DNA of 64,000 bases from Takakia lepidozioides (lineage: Eukaryota > Plantae > Bryophyta): positions 8,866,001-8,930,000 of the forward strand of contig CM060731.1 in NCBI GenBank assembly GCA_030704615.1, given 5' to 3'. The notes below the pieces were generated by a model. That model did not search any database. It was not told where the DNA came from and was given only the letters and a program-made list of their open reading frames with translations. Within the stretch, counting starts at the first letter, position 1. Every line of letters starts with the position of its first letter. Both the position numbers and the translations under genes were made by a program. Of this stretch, positions 52,479-62,400 are shown piece after piece.

Positions 52479-52631
52479 TATGGCAGGATCTGCATCCGAA
52501 GGTTCTCAGTTTCACGCTCGCCAGTATGACGCCAAGATGGAGTCCATCTTCAGCGGAGAGGGCGATGATTTCATTTCTACATTGGAGGAGGTCCATAAAA
52601 CCTTTGATGCTATGGGCCTCCATGAGAATTT
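52479..52631 (+). pseudogene. eIF4A: Inverted N-terminal coding segment of the same eIF4A
   Basis: ttgcag CAAAGT ATG then [50 protein letters not shown], the plant eIF4A N-terminus, on the strand opposite the rest of the gene. Confidence 0.92.
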
Positions 52632-52869
52632 CGAGGTTAGCTATTTCATGAGCATGAGCGGAGTAGTAAGACAATCGGTTTTCATGAGCAGAAGTACAAA
52701 TTCCGCAAATAAAAAACATTAAAAACATTATTTTAATGGGATGTGTCCAAAAAAAAAAAAAAAAAAAAAAAACCAATATAATATTCATTGTTTGAAGTAG
52801 AAATTGTAGTTTTGAGAGCCGTGCTCGTGATATTTCGTTTTCCGCTCATGCGAATTCCGAGCGACATCT

Positions 52870-53200
52870 GCAAAAATGGCGCCGAATTTTGCGGTAATAG
52901 GTTTCGCAAGCAGAAAAATCGGCGACATATTGCGCGGTAATAGGTGACTCCGGCGAAAAATGGTGCCGAATTTTGCGGTTATAGGTCCCAACTTCATTGA
53001 AGTGTAAGCCGAAAATTTGGAAATGTGGTGCCGAATTTTGGTACATGGTTCCGGGCATTGTATAAATGTTGGGCAGTTCTGGGCCATGTAACTGGAAATT
53101 CGGCGCCATTTTTCCAGACATCGTCTTTAAACAATGTTGGGACTTAGCCAGTTTTCGGCCCAAAAAAGGGAAATTCGGCGCCATTTTTCCAGAAATGGCC
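52870..53200. repeat. Left subterminal motif array of the MULE
   Basis: About 4 copies of aaaatggcgccgaatttt, then 2 inverted copies ggaaattcggcgccattttt (53094, 53169). Confidence 0.85.
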
Positions 53201-56200
53201 CCCTCAACTGTAACTGTTGGAACTCAGTTTTCTGGAAGATTTGCAAATTTTTCCTGCCGCCATCTTTGAATTGATTCTGTTTCGACATTGAATTGTCACT
53301 GGACGTCAACGGATATCCAACAGTCCCTAGTGTTTAAAAGACATCACTTTAATATTGTCTGTCTCATTCCAGGAGTTTTGGGGTGCAATTCATTACATTG
53401 CAAAGCAAAGTCTAATGCATAAAAATGCAATTGCAAATATCCATATGGTGGATTCCCTTTTCCCCATCAATGATTTATGGAATCCCGGAGTTTGTGCAGC
53501 TCGTTCACGCTCAACGCTGGTGCATGAATAAAGTCATCAATAGTCAAGTTCATCCTCAACCTCTTCAGGTAAATGTAATACAGATGCTTGCACGGATAAT
53601 ACTGTGACCCCTTCTTTGCTACCATCAACAAGAAGTCCGTACAATTGCAAGTCGGCTCCACTCCAATCGTAATTGTGTATACGTCGTCGCGTACAGCTGA
53701 GCCGGCCGTTGCCATCCGATAAATACGCCCAAGGCCGGGTGGGGGTACGTCTACGGAGCTCTGAATAGTGCAAGTCATCCCAAGAGCATTGGCAATCCAA
53801 GTCTCATTCAACTTGTTGGGAGGGTGTCGTCTCTTCACTCTTCCGAATCGCATCGTGGGATGTGCAGAATTGTCCAATCTGTCTCTACTGGACGGAGCAG
53901 CCTGCAATGGCTGGGTCTGAGGAACTGGAAACGAGTGGGCCGGGACGTCTGTGCGTTGCACCATTCGAAATCCTGCTGCAGAAATAGCATCCGCCTCATT
54001 CTGAGAGAGGTTGCAACCCGGTGCAACAGGCCAGACGGATGGCTCGGGCATTCCCTGAATCCCGTACTTGGGCTTGCCAAATACACAGGTCATTATGTCG
54101 TGCCTACAGAACCAAAACGTCTGCGTTGTGGCGTGAGAGAATGTGGGAGTCAAAAATCTGCCGCTGAAACAAGGTGCAGGTACAACACCGTGTGGGTTCC
54201 TCCGAATCATCTTACCACAATGTGCTCTCGTATTCACCCGGATGGCGCAGCACTTCCCTCGAAATGCCGGCAATGTCCTTGCTATTCACCTGTGACTCCG
54301 ACACTCTTGTCTCCACAATGGGTATGTTGTACTGCGTTACTACAGATGGCTCGTTATGTTCCGCGGGCACGTGCCTTGTGCGCAAAGGAGATGACGATCT
54401 TGAACGTGCAAGACTTGCGGTGCTCGACGAGACCTCCTCGGGCAACATCACGGGACCATGAGGGAGCGTGCAAATATTCTTGTCAGCTCACCATGAATCC
54501 TCTTCTCCGTCAGGTGCCTCGTCAAGTCTTCGTCTCACTGGACGGGTGTGAACATCTCCTTCCAAGTGTTGGCCTCTTCGAAGCAATGGCGTGTCCCGAA
54601 GGCCCTGTCGCAAGGCTGCCGCCCACTTGCGAGGATTCTTCGATCTGGAGGCAGTCCGCATCAGCATTTCATGTCTGTCCGGCCCCAAGCCCCACTGTTT
54701 CCCTTTCAAGAACTCGTTGTACCTGCATTGCTGCATAATTGACCTGACAATGTCCTCCGTTGTGGCAGTGAGGATGTCCACCAGATGCGCCGCAGAGGAG
54801 GCACGCCAGGAAGAATGTACTGATTCGGCCATGTTTGTTGTCGACATGTCGGTGTCGGAGTCCAGACACATTTCCTGCACATGCACATGTTGAGGTTACA
54901 AGCAAGTTACAAAGAACGAGTAGCATAATATTCAACGTGACGTGAATTCGTCCAACTCTCTTCCCGCATATAGTCGTCGAACTGGAGGAAACGATAATGC
55001 CACCATACTAGCCAACTGACCATTGCTCCCTCGTCTGATTTCTTTACAGCACCTGACGTTGTCCACCAAGCCCGTATACATGCAAATTGTGTCTCTGCAT
55101 CATCCAGGTGGGAGCACGCTTCCACGCAAGACACATGGAACGGTGCTCCTCTCTGAAATCTGGCGCCACGAGCCGGGTTGTGTACTGCGACAAGCTCTGT
55201 AGAAAATGGAACCCACAAGATCTCTCCTTGCCTTCCATCGGAACATTGGGGTCTTCCCCGTACACCCTTCGGATGGCAGCCCAATTTGCTTGTGCGTTGT
55301 CCACCATGAAACCACGGAAATTGGGAGGGGGCAATCCCTCCCTGGCCATCTGTTCGTTTATTCCCTGCCAAAGAAGCATCTCTGATTGTGTGTCCTCTCC
55401 TTTCATCTCACAAATAGCAATTGTCATTATCATCCTACAGTGGGTGTCGTAGACATGTGCAGCCATTGTCACCCACTGGTGATTTGTAATTCGCTTGATA
55501 TGGTCGAACATGACCCAACTGTTTGACAAGTCCCCACTCGTCATCCAGTCGACCAGTTCGACGCCGCTGCCAGGCCCACACGTGGACATTTTGAATACGA
55601 AACAACGATCTGCCTCAGTCCTTGTCCTGGAAACCTACTTCCATGAATGTAGTCATATCCACATCGTCGCTTCACCTCCAGAATGGAGTGCATATCCGAG
55701 CCACGCCCAATTTTCTGTTTGCAGGAGACAATGTGGTTTTGGACATTCGGTGAACAGACGTGGGACACCGACTCCAGTAATGCCTCCATTTCCTTCTCAT
55801 CGAGAGGAACTCTGTCGGAGCCGTCTTCCGACATAATTCTGGCCAATGCCATCTTATGGGCGGCCTGCAGCTGTATCTGTTTGGGTTTGGCACCAGGTCT
55901 CAACCTAACCTCCTCCTAAATGAGCTGCTCTGCCTCGTGGGCAGCCTCCCGCGAGTTCCCCCTCTCCAATTTGTGACAATGGGAACCAACGTGCATGCAA
56001 GCTCGTGTGAGGTCAGGGAAACGGTGCAACACATAGAACTGCTTGGCATTACAAACAGACATGCAATGTGGTGGTTCTTTGCAATGCGCACACTTAAATG
56101 TGGAGTTTGGAACCTTCTCCTGAGCTCGAAATGGTTGATGAGTTGTGCCTGTCCAATCCGTCTCGTTCCTGTGACCTCCGGATTTAAAGTGGAAGCAAGT

Positions 56201-57458
56201 GGGGGGAGAAACACCGCAACGCGCCCGCACAAACAACGTAGCGCACCCGCACACCATCGAGCATCTTCATGCTGGTGGTTTTGGTGATGCACCAAGGATG
56301 ACCGTCATGTTTCCTATCCATATCTGTCAACATTCCGGACGCCCTCGAATAGTCCGTTCGAGGAGGGAACTCAAAGAACATATTACCGTCGACGTCTGCG
56401 GGAAGGCATGTAACGGATTTAATGGCGAACTTGTTGTAGTCCAGCCCAGCCAGCTCCGAGCGGTGTCCCTCCATGTGAAGCCCTCGCAGAATTTCAAGAA
56501 TGGATCGAACTGCTGTGTTTGTGCTAGGAATATGATTCCCTCGTCCGCTGATGTCCATGGAGGACTTGCCTGATCTCCAGGATGATCTCGGAACTTCCAT
56601 GATCTCGTCGGAGTCGGACAGGTTGTGAACAACCCGGTTCTCGCTCTTCATTGATGGGTTCGGCTCTGGATTTACTTCGTTGCGGACTTCTCTCTTTGAG
56701 GTACCCACTCTCTGATTCGCTGATTGTTTCGTGGAAGGTGGCAGGATAGAAGGCGCATTTGGGGGGCAAATGAAGTCCCCAACAGCCCTGTATATGACGT
56801 TGTCCGATGGTGGAACTCGCCATTCCCTGTCGTCGCCAAAATCATCGTGGAGCACAACAATACTTTCAACTACAACTCCGTTTGAATCCTTCATTTCCTC
56901 CTCCAAAAATACCGGCCCCGGTTTCAGGTGGTATCGAACGCAGAGATATTTCTCCATCACCCGACAGATCTCCCCTCTGCATGGAAATGTAGCTCTATGC
57001 TCGTGAGGAGGGCAGTACACTATAGCACTCGGGTTTTCTGCCATGGGAGTTGTGCACACAAGACTGCCAGGACGGCGTTCGGACAAGCGCCCTGGGAGAA
57101 GGGGGGATGCAGCGAGGGGAAGGAATGCAAGGCCGATTTTGCAAGCGACGAAGCCTATTCACGAATCCGGGGAGCCCACTCTCCCGAAATTCCACTGTCA
57201 GAGAGTTAATGAACCTTGTCTGCGGAATGCGGCCCCTGGCCTTTGCGCAATAACTGCCAACGGTATGCAGTCAGAAGGTATATGACCTGTGTAGATGCGC
57301 TGCGCAAACCAATCATTACAGCGTCTGACAAGAAGCATGGGGGTGCGAGCGTGCAAGCACCTTCCCCATGGACAGAGGGAACTGACAGAGGTGGCATTCC
57401 AGTGGGTCTGATTACAAGATTGAGTGCCAGAACCTCGCCGCCAAAAGTAAACATACAA

Positions 57459-57997
57459 CAGCGGCACCAAATTTGCATCTGAGGCCGGTCGGACGATTTC
57501 GTCTCCAGGGTGAGTCGGTCACCTGGCCGACAGAGAACATCACCCGGATGGAAAAACGGCGCCGAATTTCCATCTGAGGCCCGTTGGATGAAGTCGTTTT
57601 AGGGGGAGAGGCCGACACCTGGCCGACAAAGAACATCCCCCGGATGGAAAAACGGCGCCGAATTTCCATCGGAGGCCGACACCTGCTCGACAGAGAATAT
57701 CCCCCGGATGGAAATTCGGCGCCGGATTTCCATCCGCCCGCGCTTAGACTTACCTGGCGGATGGAAATTCGGATGGAAAAACTGCGCCGATTTTCCATCC
57801 GGGGCCGGTCGGATGCAGTCGGCTTGGGGGGAGAGGCCGGCATCTGGCCGTAAGAGAACATCCCCCGGATGGAAATTCGGCGCCGAATTTCCATTCGGGG
57901 CCCCCCAAAGGATCTCGTGTCGGGGGGTGAGGCCAACAACTGGCCGACATAAAACCTCCCCGGATGGAAAAACGGCACCGAATTTCCATCCGAGGCC
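57459..57997. repeat. Right subterminal array of about 34-bp palindromes
   Basis: Six copies plus one partial of CCGGATGGAAATTCGGCGCCGAATTTCCATCCGG-like palindromes (about 57543, 57638, 57702, 57771, 57863, 57958) with related linkers. Confidence 0.92.
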
Positions 57998-58879
57998 TGT
58001 TAGAGGGCTGCTTGGGACTTAGACGCTTTTACGGGTTCTGTGGGGTACCCTTAATTTTTGCGCAAACTGAGACCAACATGAGCTTTAGGGGTGGCAGCAG
58101 CAGGCTTTAGGGGGGGTTACGCAGCCCGACACAGCTTTACACAGCCCGTCACAGCCTGTCACAGCCAACACAGCCGACACAGCCCGCCACAGCCAACACA
58201 GCTCGACACAGCCAGTCACAGCTCGGCACAGCTTGACACAGCCTGTCACAGTACATGGGGAACAGTTATCATTGGCAGGGAACGACTGTGAGGGAACGAC
58301 ATCTGCAGAAGGAACGTGTTACTTCAGGGATGACGGTTAATTAGTTAGGTGGTTAGAACAGCTTGCGGGCAGATAAGGGGAGCGGCAACGGAAAGAGAAC
58401 ACTTCACAAGGAGCGCTTCTTGGTCATGTAGGAGAGGAGATCAGGCGGAGAGCAAGAACGAGAGCATGGGAGAAGGAGGAGAGATGAACAGTAGATGCTT
58501 GTTACTGCAAAGCTGTAGTGAAACTGTAGGGCAGATTAGAGTCACCATGGCATTGGCCTGATACCTGATAAATCATAATCTGATACTTATTCGATACAAA
58601 CACACTGTGTAGAGTGACATGAGTGAAGCTGTGAAATGAATGCATGATTAATTGGAATTAAGTAGATACTGAAGCAATCTGATGCTTCAGTATCAGATAA
58701 GGTGAATTGATAACATGAAGACAAGAAGGAATACAAATGGAAAGCACAACCATGATCACTAGCTGTAGATCATGACTGATTGTACTGAGCGGGCTGAGTG
58801 CTTAGAAATATCCAACTCTTCTATCTTGGAGTTTCCACCTCGAATAGCAAAGGGATGGGTGAGTAAAAGCCGTTCAACA
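57998..58879 (+). repeat. Gypsy 5' LTR (882 bp) with an internal CACAGC minisatellite (about 58120-58250)
   Basis: Starts TGTTAG where the palindrome array breaks and ends TCAACA 2 bp before the PBS; partner LTR not in the window. Confidence 0.8.
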
Positions 58880-58881
58880 TT

Positions 58882-58899
58882 TGGCGACCATACTGGGGG
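58882..58899 (+). promoter_or_regulatory. Primer binding site, tRNA-Arg-like
   Basis: TGGCGACCATACTGGGGG just after the LTR end; resembles the complement of a plant tRNA-Arg 3' end (recalled, not aligned). Confidence 0.75.
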
Positions 58900-58972
58900 A
58901 CTGGGTCATGAACAGCTAGATGTGACAGGCATCTGGTGGGATCATGGTGGATGGAGAATTAAAGAATTTGAT

Positions 58973-59467
58973 ATGAATCAAATTCCCTGTGAAACTGAGA
59001 AGGAAAGATTGTCCAAACAATTCTTTCAGAGGTTCTTGGAATTGCCAGACGGTTGTAAAGAAAACATTCTTAAGAGAGTGCATGATGCTGACCCTGAGTG
59101 GGGTCTGGAGAAAAGGGTGATAAAGATTTATCAGGTGACCTGTAGAGGAAGAGCACGTTGGTTACCAACACTGGTTTATGTGATAGCGTTGCTATCCATT
59201 AAGCGAGTAGAGTTTGAAGGCTGGGAGGAAATGAAGGTGAATATTTATACTCATATGCATGAAGAGCTTGTATTGGTAAAGAATTGGATTCCAAAGGATA
59301 TTCTGTGGATCAAACTCACACCAAGAACAACTTTCCAGACTTGTTTGCCATATGGTTATATGGTAACGGAGACTTCTAGTATAGCCAAGGGTGTATTGAA
59401 GCTTGAAAGAAACCCAGGCATATACGAGAGATACTACAGAAGAGAGTTTTGGTTATTGCCACATTAA
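58973..59467 (+). CDS. Extra retrotransposon ORF upstream of gag (164 aa) with an F-box-like motif
   Basis: First in-frame ATG after the PBS; uninterrupted; FLELPDGCKENILKRV near the N-terminus; stops 20 bp before the gag ATG in a different frame. Confidence 0.6.
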   Translation: MNQIPCETEKERLSKQFFQRFLELPDGCKENILKRVHDADPEWGLEKRVIKIYQVTCRGRARWLPTLVYVIALLSIKRVEFEGWEEMKVNIYTHMHEELVLVKNWIPKDILWIKLTPRTTFQTCLPYGYMVTETSSIAKGVLKLERNPGIYERYYRREFWLLPH

Positions 59468-59487
59468 AGAAATGAAAGACATGGGAC

Positions 59488-62400
59488 ATGAGTGATGAAA
59501 GAGAAGCTAGACTCCAGAGATATTCAGCAAAAAGAGAAAGTTATCTGAAAGCTAATTATCCATATCTTTGGGAGAGAGGAATAGACATAGGGGAATCATC
59601 TGGACCTCTCACACCATTAAGATCAGAGAGTACATCATCCATACCGGAAGAACTAGAGTTGGATGCCACTCCTTCTTTTTCTTTGCAAGAAAGATTAAGG
59701 GAATTGGTACGGGAAGAAGATCAACCACGAGGTGAAAGATTTGAGGTACATCCCTGGATAAAAGATTTGACAGAAATCTTTGATAAGAGTTGGCATGGAA
59801 CACCAAAAGCAGGAACTCCTGTTTCTGAGACGGAAGATGAAGAAGGAGGAGAGGATGTGGCAGAGCCAACGGAGAGTTCAGACTCTCCAACACCATTGCA
59901 GTTGAGTTACATGAGTGAAGAAGAAACCCAAGGGCAGAACTTGGAGGATGAAAACAGAGAGAAGAAATTGGAAGAGGAAGAGTATGAAGAAGTAGACCCA
60001 ACAGCTGAGGTTGAGACTACAACCAGGACATCCCAACCCGTTGGACCTGGATCAAGTGGAGCACTTGGATCACAGGCCAACGAAGGTGTCGGCTCAGGGG
60101 GATCAGGCGGGCAGCCTGGATCTGGCTCTGGGGGGATAGGGAGTGTGGGAAGTAGTGCAACTGGAGCTGGGAATACTGTGAATATCGTGGGGCCAGTAGC
60201 AGGGAGTGCTCAGGGGCCACCACTTGGTGGAAGATCCACCACAACTACAACAGGTCCTCAAGGACCAGCACCAGTAAGGGGGCCAGCATCTGTCAGTGGG
60301 CAGAAGGTAGGGCCACAGATGGCGTTACAACCAATACGGGCAAAACCACATTTTCCAATATATTCAGGAAAAGGGGATCCTGATGTACACATTAGCCAAT
60401 TTGAGCACATGTGTATTGTGAACAATGAGACTGGCGATGATGCCAAGATGAGATTGTTTCCTTGTTCACTTATCAAGAAAGCAAGTGAATGGTATGCAAG
60501 ATTCCCTGATAATCATTTCCTAACCTGGAATGGCTTGAATACAGCATTCCGAAATAGGTTCAGGACAAGTAAAACTGAGGATGAAGTGTATGGAAGTTTA
60601 CAACAGTTAAAGCAAAAGAAGCATGAAACTGTTGAGGAGTATATGGAAAAAATGGAATTGATGATGAAAAAGTTGGCTGCTGTACCAGCACCAGGTTTAC
60701 AGAAGACTTGGTTCGTGAGTGGACTAAGACCAGAGTTGCAAAAGAAAGTGGATATGTTACCCCATAATACAGTGGAGGAGGCATTTGAAACAGCGAACAG
60801 AATTGAGCAATTGGGAATGCTTAGGAGAGAGAAAAGGGATGATGATGACTATGAGGATGAGTAAGATGAGGAAGAAGAGCAAGAGTTGAAAAGGAAGAGT
60901 AAGAGGAAGGAGAAGTTGAAGAGGGATAACTATGAGAAAAGATTAGAAGAAATCTTGAAGAACTATGCCACAGAGGCTGCAACACATTGGAGGAAGGGTG
61001 TTGCATGTGCAAAGTGCCAGAATGAAGGCCATACCACCACTGAATGCCACATGAAGGAGAAACATTGTACTATCTGTAAGATGGATAACCATTCTACTGA
61101 GAATTGTTACTACAACAGAAGGACAGCTGCAAGAGAACCTAGGCAAGTAAGGGTGCATCAAGTGTAGCCCCAGCCAAGAAGAAACAGTGATCAGGACCAC
61201 TATGGTAGGCCTGGTGGTTATAACAATGGTATGGAAGGGAGAGGTAATCCAAGAGGGAATTACCAAGGAAATTCCAGGGGCAACTATCAGGGTAATCCAA
61301 GGGGGAATTACTAGCCAGGGAATCAAATTTAAAGAAATAATCCAAGAGCAGATCAAGGGCGAGGACCCAATGGTGAAGAACTGTGTTACTATTGCAATCA
61401 GGCAGGCCATCGCAAGGCAGCCTATCCATTCTGGATGAGACACCAGAATGAGATGAGAGCTCCTGTGAATGAGGGCCCAGTGGTGGCAGCTCACATGGTT
61501 AGGCCATGTGTTGTACCAGAAGTAAGTACAATGATAGTAACAAGAAGCAAAGCCAAACTAATACCTCGAGTAGTTGAGGAAGATGATGATAATGAAGGTG
61601 GCAGTGATATGCCTGAAGGTGATGAGGCTTGGAGAGATGAGAAGGAACTGCACAAGGAAGTGACAGATACCATAAGGGAAATGCAGAAGAGTACTGATAT
61701 TCCTGTGGCAGATTCCTCTGATTCTGATGGAGAAGAAGAAGTGAGTGAGGATGAAAGGAAGAAAGAAGATGCGGACATGCAAAGTATTGAAGGGACTTTG
61801 GCTGAAGTAATATGCCAGACCAAAGCATAGATTACCATTGGACAGCTATTGGCTGTGGCACCTTATTGTAGACATAGGCTGTATCAAGCAATCAATCGAA
61901 TTGCCCAGGAGATAGGAAACACAGACCTGAACAGCAAGGTGACGAGTTATAATGTGAAGCCGGAAGGGCGAGAAACAGTCATGGACTTTGATGATTCTAT
62001 GTCAGTAATCCAATTGAGAATTGGAAGCACAGAACTAACTGATGTACTGATAGATGGAGGCTTTGGAGTGAACGTCATGACAGACCAATTAAGGCAGAAG
62101 CTTGGTCTAAGTAACATGAAGCCAGCCCCATTTACAGTAACAATGGCAGATCAAAGAAGTGTACAGCCATTGGGATTGATAAGAGGAGTTAAGATACAGA
62201 TTCAAAAGATGATCTTTATGATCATCATAACTGTGTTAAAAATGGATGAAGTCATGGAAGCTTACTCCTTATTGTTGGGACGTCCGTGGCTGAAACAGGC
62301 CAGGGTATTCCATGACTGGAATTCCCAGTTACTAATTGTGCATAATGGGATGCACAAGATACAAATTACCACTAAGAAATCTAGTAGATTACTTGCTACG

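Larger units (their letters stand above)
52632..57997 (-). mobile_element. Mutator-like (MULE) element with GCM-like domain, DDE core and SWIM finger; right end interrupted by a Gypsy insertion
   Basis: Frameshifted transposase 57086-53467: DGHPW..CAGALRC..CAHC..C..GSHCH, MFDHIKR (D), FMVDNAQA (D), CGFH (CxxH), TNMAESVH (E), CNCTDF..PCKHLYY (SWIM). AATTCGGCGCC arrays at both ends. Left boundary approximate. Confidence 0.85.

Noticed and set aside
53824-54738. 304-aa plus-strand ORF
   Set aside because: Antisense shadow of the GC-rich MULE transposase; no motifs.
57459-57997. CRISPR-like array of palindromic repeats
   Set aside because: The linkers are related to each other and irregular in length, there are no cas genes, the context is eukaryotic, and the same core motif recurs at the other end of the transposon.
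57412-58022. Repetitive ORFs (MEIRRRFSIRG) on both strands
   Set aside because: By-product of the stop-free palindromic array.
58772-58972. N-terminal 67 codons of the 231-aa ORF
   Set aside because: They run through the LTR end and PBS, so the ATG at 58973 is the more plausible start. This is not proven.
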